The notes under the pieces were generated by a model that was not told the origin of the DNA, searched no databases, and worked only from the letters and a program-made list of their open reading frames with translations. DNA of 62,933 bases, counting the filler, from Octopus bimaculoides (taxonomy: Eukaryota): NCBI RefSeq assembly GCF_001194135.2. It is 4 parts of 3 records of this genome, joined end to end, with 100 filler letters (N's around TTAATTAATTAA, not from the genome) between each part and the next. Parts side by side here need not be neighbours in the genome. Positions count along the whole stretch, not along the records: positions 1 to 23,492 come from NC_069006.1; positions 23,593 to 40,472 come from NC_068984.1; 2 more parts are not named here. One strand, 5' to 3'. The position numbers and the translations under genes were made by a program. Numbering within the stretch: position 1 is the stretch's first letter; each line of letters begins with the position of its first letter. Below, in pieces: positions 12,494 to 23,826 of the stretch.

Positions 12494-15400
12494 TTATAAA
12501 AGTGTTTAATGAAAAGAAAGAAGCACTTTCATAAACAGGAAAGTGTTGATAAAAATATGCTAGCAATATTATTAAATGATTTTTTTTGGCAAAAGTGAGG
12601 AAACAAAGGAGACCATAGTTGAGAGTGGAATTGTATGGATAAATACACTGATAGATACAAGGTGAATGGTAAACCGAAAAACCAAATCAATATTCTATAG
12701 GGTGGGTGATGAATAACAGGAAAAGAGAGGTGAAGAAAAATATATATAAATAAAAACATAAATAGGGATGCATATAGAATAATTGGTGATTGAAAGTATA
12801 TAAAAATAAAGGTGGTGGATTCGATGTGGACGGGCATGGAAGGATATATGCATAGTGATATGAATTGAATGGTTGTTGAATGAAATATAATAAAAAAAAT
12901 TTTTTAAAAACAGTACTGAAAAGAACAATATAGGAATATACAGAGAGACAGAGAAGGTATTGGGTTTTAATTAAATACGTATTGTTGGAGTTAATTAATA
13001 TATTAATGAGAGTCGTTGAGTTAGGATGATGTATCTTACAATAACATACAAGACAACAACAACAGTAACAACAACAACGATGATGACAACAAGCAGAACA
13101 AAAACATGGGTGATTTTTTTTAATTGTCTTTCGAGAAATATGTTAGGATTGTTTATTGAAGTTAATTAGGTATTGATGAAGTCATAACGATTACTCTTTA
13201 ATTAAAGATTAGGTTTATAAAGTATAAAATACTCCTTAGTCAAGGGACTACAGATTATAAAGTATAGAATACTCCTTAGTCAAAGGATTAGAGATTATAA
13301 AGTATAGGATATTCCTTAATCAAGGGACTAGGGATTATAAAGTATAGGATATTCCTTAATCAATGGATTAGGGATTATAAAGCAGTGTTTCTCAACCATT
13401 TTTTGCTTGATCCTCGTAACCATTCGATGGATATAAAAAAAAACATCCGACTGTATTTATTATAATTAAATATTATTAGGAATTGTATAAAAAATATACT
13501 TTTTCAATGTACAAAATATTTCAAATTTTTTTTAATACAATTCTTAATAATATTTAATTATTAAATAGGAATTTTTTAAACATTGTAGGNNNNNNNNNNN
13601 NNNNNNNNNNNNNNNNNNNNNNNNNNNNNNNNNNNNNNNNNNNNNNNNNNNNNNNNNNNNNNNNNNNNNNNNNNNNNNNNNNNNNNNNNNNNNNNNNNNN
13701 NNNNNNNNNNNNNNNNNNNNNNNNNNNNNNNNNNNNNNNNNNNNNNNNNNNNNNNNNNNNNNNNNNNNNNNNNNNNNNNNNNNNNNNNNNNNNNNNNNNN
13801 NNNNNNNNNNNNNNNNNNNNNNNNNNNNNNNNNNNNNNNNNNNNNNNNNNNNNNNNNNNNNNNNNNNNNNNNNNNNNNNNNNNNNNNNNNNNNNNNNNNN
13901 NNNNNNNNNNNNNNNNNNNNNNNNNNNNNNNNNNNNNNNNNNNNNNNNNNNNNNNNNNNNNNNNNNNNNNNNNNNNNNNNNNNNNNNNNNNNNNNNNNNN
14001 NNNNNNNNNNNNNNNNNNNNNNNNNNNNNNNNNNNNNNNNNNNNNNNNNNNNNNNNNNNNNNNNNNNNNNNNNNNNNNNNNNNNNNNNNNNNNNNNNNNN
14101 NNNNNNNNNNNNNNNNNNNNNNNNNNNNNNNNNNNNNNNNNNNNNNNNNNNNNNNNNNNNNNNNNNNNNNNNNNNNNNNNNNNNNNNNNNNNNNNNNNNN
14201 NNNNNNNNNNNNNNNNNNNNNNNNNNNNNNNNNNNNNNCACAGATCTAGGACACACACACATGGACAGATATTGGTTAAGTCACCGAACAAACTTATATG
14301 GGGGCTTAAAATAGAAACATGTAAACAGACAAATAGACACACACACACACACACACCTTATTATTTTAACTTGTTTCAGTCATTGGACTGCAGCCATAGT
14401 GGGGCATTTTCTTGGAGGGTTTTAGTCAAATGAATCGACCCCCTGTACTTATTATTTTTTAAAGCCTGGTACTCATCATAGTTGATTATACTGACCCCAG
14501 TACACATCATCATCATCATCATTTAATGTCCATTGTCCATGCTGTCATAGGTTGGACGATGCTGACTAGCTGAAGGGCTATTCAGGCTCCCTGTCTGTTT
14601 TGGTATGATTTCTACAACTGGATGCCCTTCCTAATGCCACTTTACAGAGTGTACCAGGTGCTTTTGCACAGCACCAGCACAGGTGTTTTTTATGTGGCAC
14701 CAGCACCTTCGAGCCCACAAGATTAGGGATGCTCTCAGCTGGAGAGGGTTGCAAGGGACAAGCCTGTATGCAAGGGCAACCATGCCTTTACTTAGCTTGA
14801 CCTGTCTTTTCAAGCACAGCAAACCACCAGGGGTCTCGCTCCCCTGTATAATGGTGTGGATGTTGGTGGTTATGTCGGGTTATCAGTCATTTAGTTGCAA
14901 GGCATAAACAGAATGCTAGAAGTAATATGAGGCCATCACAACTGGTCGTATACATTGTATGACAAAGACTTTGAGAGATCATGTCTCACAAACACATAAG
15001 TAAACAATCAAAAAGAAAAAAAATATATTAAGACTGAGTGGCCTTGGTGTGAATGCTTTTAACCATAGGCTTGTTAGACCAGACCTGATATGCTGGCAAC
15101 AAGAGCAGAGGTAGTAGTGGTGTGGGTAAACGACAACAACAATTATGACAACAACAGCTCTAATGAGAGCAGAAATAACAGCTTCCGACATCAACGTTAC
15201 ACAACCACAAACATAGAGCGTGGCGGGAGGGGGAGAGGAAGTAAGGAGAGGGAGTAGGAGGAGAGTTGATTCAAACAGCTCCCATCGTATTACTGGTACA
15301 CATAATGTTCAGAGAAGAGCGAACTACAAAGCTGACGTTGAGACAACAACAAAAACAACAACAGCAAAAAAAAAAACACAAATAAACAAAAACAACAACG

Positions 15401-15592
15401 TTAGTGGCAATGATAATGATGATGATGATGATGATAATAAGAATATTATCATTGTTTGAAATAACATGGAAAATAATGTCAATAATGGATTGTCATAGTA
15501 ACAATGAGGAGAACAACAAAAACATACACATTAATAATAATATTTTGATAAGGACACAGATTTTGGGCAACAGAAATAACCAAGTGCCAGTG

Positions 15593-15641
<49 letters not shown>

Positions 15642-16014
15642 TAATAATCCTTTCTGCTATAAGCACAAAGCCTGAAATTCGGAGGAGCAGGGTAGTCAAT
15701 TACATCACCCCAGTATGCAACTGGTACTTAATAATAATAATAATAATGATAATAATAGTAATTACAATAGTTATAATAATGATAGTAATAATGATAATTA
15801 TAATAATAATAATGATGGTAATTAATAATGAGGACAATGATAATGATGATGGCAATAATGTTAATAATGAATTTTAGTGTCTAACATTGGCATGAGACCA
15901 CTTTAGGGGAAGGATAAAGGGCAAATATGATCTTAGTGGGATTTGAACTCAGAATGTAAAGATCCAGAGTAAATACTGCCAGGCATTTTGTCCGACGCTC
16001 TACCAAATGATGAC

Positions 16015-16052
<38 letters not shown>

Positions 16053-16990
16053 GAGTTGTGGTGTTGATTATGATGGTGATTATGGTGATGGAGTGTGAAG
16101 AGTGACTCACTTGCGTTCCTTGCCGGTCTTCATTTGGTCAGCTAAATATGTGGCTCTGTAGTTTTCGTAGTGAACATCAGCAGTAACATCCTTCAGGTCT
16201 TGCATGTGGGTACTGGTGGGAGGAGACACAAAAATTAATCAGAACTATAACAACAACAACAACAACTACAACAACAGCAGCAGAAACAACTACAGTCTCT
16301 GCACATAAGAGTTGGGGAGTTAAACTATGACAGCCTCTGACCTCCAGTCCATCCTCATATCTCTATCAGACATACACCCACCACCATCTGGGTCCACCCT
16401 GCACTTCTGTCATATCACTTCCATCCATACACCCCAGCATCCATGTCTTACATACCATCTCTGTTCAGGCCTGTTTTGCATCCTATCTTACACAACATAC
16501 TACAATGAGGTCCACCTTGCACCCAGCCTTACATACCCTCTCTCTCTCCGTACCACCCCTACATTTCTGTCTTATATACCCTCTACCATAAAGCTCACTC
16601 AAGGCTCCACCACGAGCCATAATGATATACTAAAAATTCATCATAGCATTCTTCACTTGAGTGTGTGCACGGGGCCCCTCTCTTGATGCAGTGCCCCTTC
16701 TTGATGTGGGACCCTCTCTTGGTGTGGGGCCCTTTCTTGGTGTGGGTCCCTCTCTTGGTGCAGGGCCCTCTCGTGGTGCAAGGCACAATTTGAACAAATC
16801 TGTCTAATTGGCATAAACCCATCCCTGGACCCTGTCTCTACTCTGTCTCACATTTCTCACTTACAACAGAAATAAAAATGAAAAGCTAGATGATGTTACC
16901 TAATCAACATTTGTCGGAGACGAATGAAGTCACAGTGGTTGGGGTTGTCGACTGGAAAGTAACGAAAGAAAATAAATAATACATATATCA

Positions 16991-17029
<39 letters not shown>

Positions 17030-18062
17030 ATAAGCAAATATTTGTTTTATTAGAAGTGTTGAAATGTGTATTCGATGGTTGTAATGCATGTGCCTAGGGT
17101 ACCCTTATCAAACGAGTAGTCATGATGGATATATTGGGTTTCGTATATTTGTACCCTAGTGTCACTTTGATGGCATGCACTGCTCTCTCACTCACTCAAT
17201 AATGATAATAATAATAATAATAATGATGATCAATACAGGAGTTTAAGAATTGGTAAAAATTACTTCATTATAATTGAGGAGTTGTGAGGTGAGAAATTCA
17301 TTTAAAAAAAAAATAAATGAAAGAAAAACGGAACCCCCCCGCCCAAAAAAGAAACAGGGCAAATAAAGAATGCTGTCGGTTCTTTACCTTCAACAATTCC
17401 CCATGGGTAGACTCTTCCACGAAGTCTCTTACCATTTACCTCAACCACAGTATTGGCGCCAACAATGGCAAAAGGTACTGCTAACTGTAATAGAAGAAAG
17501 AATAAACAAATAGTGCAGTTATAGAATCTACTGTATTTGGAACAGTATTGTATCAAGGGTTTTTTTAGTTCCTGGGATGGGGAAAGCAGTTTTATATGCT
17601 AATCTGTCTTTTGTTGAGGAATGTCATGTCTGAAATTATCTTTTGTTGAGATCATGTCAAGTTTTACTGAGACAATGTGACTTTCAGAAAATACCAGTTC
17701 TATTTTTTTTTTGCAAGATATTCAGCCTCATTACTAGAATAAGCATGAAATTTAATTCCACAGTTAAAGGGTTAAACCTGGAGCTAACAAAACATTGCAT
17801 AATGAGAACTAACGGAGCATTGCAAAATAGGTGCACTTAACATAGATTTGTAAATTTGTGTTAATTATATCGTCTCAGTAACGTTTAAAGTCACAGCGGC
17901 TCTAATATCTGAGAGGAGGGAAAAAGAGCCTAATTACTGAAGTACAGGCATTGCTACAGACTATAAACATGGCCAGGTGGTTGTCAAGTACCCTTTGTGA
18001 TCAGATGGTTTTTGGTTCAATCCCACTACAGAGTACTTTGGGTACTTTCTACCTTTACCCCA

Positions 18063-18108
<46 letters not shown>

Positions 18109-19681
18109 ATATATATATATATATATATATNNNNNNNNNNNNNNNNNNNNNNNNNNNNNNNNNNNNNNNNNNNNNNNNNNNNNNNNNNNNNNNNNNNNNN
18201 NNNNNNNNNNNNNNNNNNNNNNNNNNNNNNNNNNNNNNNNNNNNNNNNNNNNNNNNNNNNNNNNNNNNNNNNNNNNNNNNNNNNNNNNNNNNNNNNNNNN
18301 NNNNNNNNNNNNNNNNNNNNNNNNNNNNNNNNNNNNNNNNNNNNNNNNNNNNNNNNNNNNNNNNNNNNNNNNNNNNNNNNNNNNNNNNNNNNNNNNNNNN
18401 NNNNNNNNNNNNNNNNNNNNNNNNNNNNNNNNNNNNNNNNNNNNNNTATATATATATATATATATATGTATACACTTCATTGGATGAAGTACTGAAGGAC
18501 AATCTCAGGATGTTGGACCTTTCAGGTGAGAGGACAAAGGACCAAGATGCCTGGCACCTTGCCGTATTCAAGAAGACCCCGTACTCCGCAACAGGAATGT
18601 TAAGGGCCAATCCGTCTGGTGGTGTAAAGCACTTGTGGTGGTGCCACATAAACTGCTCATGCTGTGCTGGAAACCACAATGGGACTTACTTTCAGTTCTT
18701 GGTCCTGTTTTTTGAACTCTTCATCTTCATCGCTGTCACATTCTGGAAATTCATAGATCTGGATGTCATGTTGGTCAATTTCTTGCAGGATCTACAAACA
18801 GGAAACAACAGAAACATGCCAATTATATATACATATGCCAATTATATATACATACATAAATATCTATATACATCTGTCAGTCTGTCTGTATGTACGTACG
18901 TGCATACATATGTATGTGAAGCAATGTTTTATACACACACACATACACACATATATATACACATAATTAGGATAAAGTCATTATTTAATAATTTATCAGT
19001 GGCCAGCATACCAACAAGATGATATTGGTTAATTTGTATTTAAGTATAATTATAAAAATATAATTATAACAAACGGTGTCTATTTCTAGCATACAGGCAT
19101 TGTCACTTCATTATAATTGTATTTTCATGACTATACTTCAATATATATATATATATCAATAAATTTAATTAGAGGTTGTGTTAACCTCATGAAGGGATGG
19201 TTTCATCCAAGGAAATACTGGTTCAATACCTAGTATTTTTGGGGAATGAATTTCCTTAAAATAATAGGTATATATAAAAACTTATAGTTTATATTAATCT
19301 AAAAGAAGAAAATGGAAATTGGGGAGTTAATAATTGTTTTTTATTAACAGTAAATTGGTGGATATTAATAGAAATGGCTGAGAGTCAAGATGACCAATTT
19401 GCTGTTAATAATAAACAATTATTAACTTCCCAATCTCCATTTTCTTCTTCTTTTAAACGAATATATGTGTGTGTGCATACGTGCATATGTGTGTGTGTAC
19501 TCATATATATGCTAAAATAATTTTCAGCTGAAGGTNNNNNNNNNNNNNNNNNNNNNNNNNNNNNNNNNNNNNNNNNNNNNNNNNNNNNNNNNNNNNNNNN
19601 NNNNNNNNNNNNNNNNNNNNNNNNNNNNNNNNNNNNNNNNNNNNNNNNNNNNNNNNNNNNNNNNNNNNNNNNNNNNNNNNN

Positions 19682-19714
<33 letters not shown>

Positions 19715-22245
19715 ATGCTTCTCATCTTTACAGACATGCGCACACACACATACATGAGCAGAAGTGGAATAGACCAAGTCAGATGTGAATTAGACCAAGC
19801 GAAACACAGACCAGAATAATTATGCTTGGAATGAGACCAGGTCACAGCCCCAAACAGGAAATCGTTGGTTGGAAATTAGATTAGAACTGAATTCCAGCCA
19901 AAACACCAGGAACTTACTTGGAATCAGACCAGAAGATTCTCAGTGAACACACGAGAAGAAGAAGAAGAAGAAGAAGCGACTTGCAATTAGAACTGACTCA
20001 GAAGTCAGCAAAAACTGATGACTTGTGGCATAAACAACAACAACAGAAATACATACATATACATACACAAACACATCACCACCACCACCACCACCATCAC
20101 AGCCACCGCCACCACCACCATCACAGCCGCCACCACCACCATCCACACCACCTACCAGTACCATGATCATTACCACCATCATCCTCACCACCACCACCAT
20201 CACCATTTCAACATCTGCTTATCTATGTTCACACAGGTCAGGCAGAATTTGTGGAGGCAGATTTTCTGAAATTCCAACTGTTTCCAAATATGGTAATACT
20301 TACCCCATGAGCCAACATGTTTTCAGGGAAGGTTGGAAACAAAGGACACCACTTGTATAGTGGTGACGCTCGTTTACAGCTCTCATGTGATGTCAAGGCA
20401 AAGAAGCAACCCCCATACACACTTTTATATATATATATATAAGGGACTAATTAATCCCGCTTTTAATTATTTCATGAATGTCACACAATGACCTTTCAAT
20501 GACCTCTTGACGAACTCTTGACCTACCTTGGCCTTTTTTTTCTTCACTTCTGAAGGGGTCAGCATATCAGATTTGGCTAGCAATGGGACTATGTTCACCT
20601 TTTGATGGATTTTCTTCATCATATCAACATCAACTGGTTTTAACCTGATAGTAAGAGAAAATATACACAAATAAATACACATATATGTATAACAATGAAG
20701 TCAATTCAAGTAATGAGATTTTGGATGCATTTAACATGCATGTTTCAGATAATTACATGATATATAAAAAGGGAATTTTCATCTCTTACGCAAACTCTTC
20801 CTCAGTTAAGAGATACCAAACTATGAACAAACTGATGGAGTTCACCCTTTATATATGGTCAGGACAGTTTATGTTGCCAGCTGGATGAGGAGAGGATGTG
20901 GCCAGGGGTGGAATGTCTATAGAAAGGGGAGGGAGGGAGAGAGAGAAAAGGGAGGAAAAGGGATTGGTGGTGTAGTTATGAGAGCATGAGTGCCATGTTC
21001 AGTTGCAAAAAAGTATATATATATATATATATNNNNNNNNNNNNNNNNNNNNNNNNNNNNNNNNNNNNNNNNNNNNNNNNNNNNNNNNNNNNNNNNNNNN
21101 NNNNNNNNNNNNNNNNNNNNNNNNNNNNNNNNNNNNNNNNNNNNNNNNNNNNNNNNNNNNNNNNNNNNNNNNNNNNNNNNNNNNNNNAGGGTGGAGAGTT
21201 TTTGCATGATTTTTTATTTCATGATGGGGGTAGTGCGAAAATGTTGTGAATGGACATCAAAATAACTCTTAGAACTCTGCGACAATATCTTCTGTCTCCA
21301 CAAATGCATCGTAAAATGGAAAAAGTGGAAACAAAAAACATCTCTGCTTATTTATAAAATACAGTTTTTTTTTGCATCTTCTTTTAAATGGCTGTGATGA
21401 GAATACTCTAAAATATGACTTCAACATGTCTTTTTTGGTAATTTCATCTTCTACCTTCATAAATGCTTCAAAAAATGCAGAAAATACCGTAAATATTCTA
21501 ATTTATCAAATTCAGAAAATTTTCCATGTAGATATAAATTACAGTACAACCACCGTCTCTCCTTGTGGATATGTATGTATATATATATGTGTGTGTGTGT
21601 GTATACATATATGTATGTAAGAATGTATTTCTAGATATGTACATATGATAACACTGGATGTCACATCCACACACGTGGACATATTCACATAGACAGACCA
21701 AATTAATTGGAGCATGAAAAAGAGAAAAGCGTAGCCACTCACCCATGACCAAACGGAGAAATAAAATAGAGACAGCAGTGAACCCGATTGTCTTGAATAT
21801 TTTTACGGTTTAGACCGCTCTCGTCTTTGAAATATTGATCAAACTGAGAATCAATATAATTAATGATTGGTTTGTTACTGAAAATAGAAGAGGAAGAGAG
21901 AGAGAGAGTTATGATTAGTAATTAATAAGTCGTTAGTAATTTGTAGGATCAAAGTAGGAATGTTTGAAGTGGTGGGGTGTTTAGGGGGGGGTTGTTAAGG
22001 GAAGGCGTTCTCATACTGAGTTTGATTTGTGGTCAACGGAATTAGCTACTACTACTACTACTACTACTACTACAACTACTGCTGCTGCTGCTACCACTGC
22101 TACAAGTACTACTAGTGTTGGTGGTAAGGCTACTACTACTCCTACTACCAACAAACACTACCACTGTCATTACCACCACCACTACTACTACCGCCGCCAC
22201 CACCATCACCACCACTGCTGCCACCACTACTACTACTAGTGCTGG

Positions 22246-22279
<34 letters not shown>

Positions 22280-22819
22280 GCTACTACCACCACTGCTACT
22301 AATACTACTAGTGTTGATATTGCTGCTGCATCTACCACCACCACCACCACCACCACCACCNNNNNNNNNNNNNNNNNNNNNNNNNNNNNNNNNNNNNNNN
22401 NNNNNNNNNNNNNNNNNNNNNNNNNNNNNNNNNNNNNNNNNNNNNNNNNNNNNNNNNNNNNNNNNNNNNNNNNNNNNNNNNNNNNNNNNNNNNNNNNNNN
22501 NNNNNNNNNNNNNNNNNNNNNNNNNNNNNNNNNNNNNNNNNNNNNNNNNNNNNNAACTACTACTGCCGCCGCCACCACCACCACCACCACAACAGCCACC
22601 ATATACCTGTATGTGTTTCTTAATATGAAAAGGGTATTGTCAAATGTGCCGAGGGCTGCGACAGGTCTTACCTGTCCTCTCCGTTGACAGAGTCATTAAA
22701 ACCCGGAGTGTCGACGATCGTGAGTCGCAGGCGGACTCCCCTTTCTTCGATTTCCAACTGCTTCTTTTCAATTTGTGTCGTCTTGTGTATTCGGTCTGTG
22801 AAAGATTAATGATCGTATG

Positions 22820-22863
<44 letters not shown>

Positions 22864-23130
22864 TGTGATGGTTGAGAGAATGAGAGACATGGAGACATGG
22901 GGGGGTGGACAAGACTCAGAGATACATAAACATACACACACATACATATAATACATTACATTATACACATCGTAGTACCTGTATTATATGCAGTAACGGT
23001 AACACCTGAGGGAACAAGAATATTGGTCGTTTGGCTGACTTACCTTCAACATTGTTCAACTGTCTGTCTTTGTAAAGTTCTGTGAGGAACAAGCTGTTTA
23101 TCAAGGTGGATTTTCCCAAACCTGATTCTC
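2110..23130 (-). CDS. Sep4: Septin, SEPT2 group (fly Sep4 / vertebrate SEPT4-5-like); partial 9-exon model, 896 nt, missing the N-terminal and last exons
   Basis: All nine exons have AG/GT boundaries and join in phase: [299 protein letters not shown]. It has G1 (GESGLGKS), G3 (DTPG), G4 (AKSD) and the septin unique element. The subgroup call rests on remembered family motifs ([32 protein letters not shown]), not on a database search. Confidence 0.93.
2797..3274 (+). mobile_element. tRNA-derived SINE, near full length (A/B-box head, CORE-like middle, microsatellite, gaaacaagtaaaag tail)
   Basis: Head shared with 5750, 45430, 51290 and 61965; tail shared with 24060, 60850 and 62335. Confidence 0.7.
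5750..5898 (-). mobile_element. tRNA-derived SINE head with CORE-like segment
   Basis: On the minus strand: TGGCTTAGTGG (A box), GAGTTCAATTCCC (B box), gttgtgtccttgagcaagacactt. Confidence 0.7.
7326..7535 (-). mobile_element. RTE-type 3' tail fragment with (GAT)n end
   Basis: Homologous to 14505-14700 and 41536-41640. Confidence 0.65.
7560..7735 (-). mobile_element. SINE (family with ctactcacaaagcattgg core), diverged
   Basis: Homologous to 47915-48085 and 40955-41105. Confidence 0.55.
8836..9348 (-). mobile_element. R4/Dong-clade non-LTR retrotransposon 3' end (restriction-like endonuclease domain, 3' UTR, (AAT)n tail)
   Basis: [22 protein letters not shown]...[47 protein letters not shown]; about 80 nt 3' UTR then (AAT)n; cut by a gap at 9350. 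Confidence 0.85.
10790..11175. mobile_element. Diverged interspersed-repeat fragments (RTE/SINE related)
   Basis: ggtgctttttacgtgctaccagcatgggtgtcagtt resembles 7490-7535 and 14660-14710. Confidence 0.4.
12001..12080 (+). mobile_element. hAT(Charlie)-like MITE end (CAGTGATTCTCAACC...)
   Basis: Terminal motif typical of Charlie/MER5-type TIRs; second copy at 13383; the other end is not seen. Confidence 0.45.
12219..12263 (+). ncRNA. Degenerate minimal type I hammerhead ribozyme motif, probably from a Penelope-like element terminal repeat
   Basis: gCAGT-CTGATGA-t-GACTTaatAAGCT-GAA-ACTtcaaAGT-C-ACTGt: stem I CAGT/ACTG, intact core boxes, GTC triplet; stem II has one mismatch and one wobble. 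Confidence 0.6.
13221..13380. repeat. 40-bp minisatellite, 4 copies
   Basis: Unit agtataggatattccttaatcaagggactagggattataa; copies start at 13221, 13261, 13301 and 13341. Confidence 0.95.
13383..13589 (+). mobile_element. hAT(Charlie)-like MITE left part, running into a gap
   Basis: CAGTGTTTCTCAACC terminus; same family as 12001. Confidence 0.45.
14360..14475 (-). mobile_element. SINE 3' tail fragment
   Basis: acttgtttcagtcattggactgcagccat is the reverse complement of the tail at 3240-3274. Confidence 0.6.
14505..14860 (-). mobile_element. RTE LINE 3' end (ORF C-terminus, 3' UTR, (GAT)n tail)
   Basis: Minus strand encodes [17 protein letters not shown], an RTE C-terminal pattern, followed by the shared 3' tail. 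Confidence 0.65.
15655..16005 (-). mobile_element. tRNA-SINE (gtcgactttgcctttcatcc family), diverged and split by AAT/GAT repeats
   Basis: atttgaactcagaatgtaaag...aaatactgccaggcattttgtccgacgctctacc matches 38520-38625. Confidence 0.55.
16111..16212 (-). CDS. Septin exon ([10 protein letters not shown]...HYENYR...KER), 102 nt, phase 2-2
   Basis: Acceptor ctcctcccaccag, donor gtgagt. Confidence 0.95.
16673..16780. repeat. GC-rich 18-bp minisatellite, 6 copies
   Basis: Consensus gggccctctcttggtgtg; copies start at 16673, 16691, 16709, 16727, 16745 and 16763. Confidence 0.9.
16900..16951 (-). CDS. Septin exon ([17 protein letters not shown]), 52 nt, phase 1-2
   Basis: Acceptor ttactttccag, donor gtaaca. 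Confidence 0.93.
17085..17230 (+). mobile_element. Non-LTR element 3' end with (AAT)n tail
   Basis: ...ggcatgcactgctctctcactcactc followed by (AAT)n. Confidence 0.5.
17388..17484 (-). CDS. Septin exon (LAVPFAIVG...[11 protein letters not shown]), 97 nt, phase 0-1
   Basis: Acceptor ctattacag, donor gtaaag; start of the septin unique element. Confidence 0.95.
18476..18600 (+). mobile_element. RTE LINE ORF C-terminal fragment
   Basis: [34 protein letters not shown] fits the RTE W.EV..D....L......D...W...V..KT pattern. Confidence 0.6.
18690..18791 (-). CDS. Septin exon (ILQEID...[19 protein letters not shown]), 102 nt, phase 0-0
   Basis: Acceptor tgtttgtag, donor gtaagt. Confidence 0.95.
19300..19455. 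repeat. Long inverted repeat (60/63-nt arms, 33-nt loop); possible fold-back MITE
   Basis: Arms 19300-19359 and 19393-19455 differ by 4 substitutions and one 3-nt indel; begins and ends with TA. Confidence 0.9.
20527..20644 (-). CDS. Septin exon, G4 (LKPVD...[17 protein letters not shown]), 118 nt, phase 2-0
   Basis: Acceptor cttactatcag, donor gtaggt. Confidence 0.95.
21743..21877 (-). CDS. Septin exon ([12 protein letters not shown]...[14 protein letters not shown]), 135 nt, phase 2-2
   Basis: Acceptor ctattttcag, donor gtgagt. Confidence 0.95.
22672..22795 (-). CDS. Septin exon, switch I/II (DRIHKTT...[13 protein letters not shown]), 124 nt, phase 1-2
   Basis: Acceptor atctttcacag, donor gtaaga; not in the ORF track in this frame. 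Confidence 0.95.
23044..23130 (-). CDS. Septin exon, P-loop ([15 protein letters not shown]...NNVE), 87 nt, phase 1-1
   Basis: Acceptor tgctttccag, donor gtaagt; G1 motif. Confidence 0.95.
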
Positions 23131-23492
23131 CTGGAAAGCATAACAAAACAATAAAAAGTTTAATAAAAATAATAATGATGGTGTTGGTGGTGATGATGAT
23201 GGTGGTGGTGGAGGTGGTGACGATGAAGATAATGGATGGTGATGATGATAATGGTGGTGGTGGAGGTGGAGGTGGTAATGCCGGTGGTTTTGTTGTTGTT
23301 GGTAGTGGTGATGACGTTGGCGAGGTCGATGACCACAAATGCTGATGAAGATGATATTGGTAGTGGCAATGATGATGACGATGATGATGATGATGATGAT
23401 GACCATGATGATGATGATGACGATGATGATGATGACGACAGTGATTAACAAAGAAAACAACAACCACAACAACTGTAAACAACAAATAATAC

Positions 23493-23592
23493 NNNNNNNN
23501 NNNNNNNNNNNNNNNNNNNNNNNNNNNNNNNNNNNNTTAATTAATTAANNNNNNNNNNNNNNNNNNNNNNNNNNNNNNNNNNNNNNNNNNNN
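23493..23592. other. Artificial scaffold-join spacer N44-TTAATTAATTAA-N44
   Basis: Exactly 100 bp; the palindromic 12-mer has stops in all six frames; repeated identically at two other sites. Confidence 0.95.
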
Positions 23593-23781
23593 ATATATAT
23601 AAGTATGTGTGTGTGTGTGTAGAACGGTGAAAAGGAACACATGAATTGATATATATGGAAAACAATTTTTAGAAAAATTAAAAGAAAAGTTTTTTAAAAG
23701 AATATTTGCATAGTATTCAAATACAAGGAGCATTTTTCTTGTTTCTGCCTGGGTTCGAGGTCGTGGTGAATTCTTGGCAGA

Positions 23782-23826
23782 GAAGAAGAAGAAGAAGAAG
23801 AAGAAGAAGAAGAAGAAGAAGAAGAA
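23782..23826. repeat. (AAG)n microsatellite
   Basis: Direct reading. Confidence 0.95.

Noticed and set aside
1015-16780. CRISPR interpretation of the tandem arrays (1015, 13221, 16673)
   Set aside because: No unique spacers, no cas genes, eukaryotic intronic context.
22961-23485. 174-aa ORF containing the septin P-loop, as a long N-terminal exon
   Set aside because: Only 23044-23130 is exon; the rest is intronic CAT/CAC mosaic upstream of a clear acceptor.
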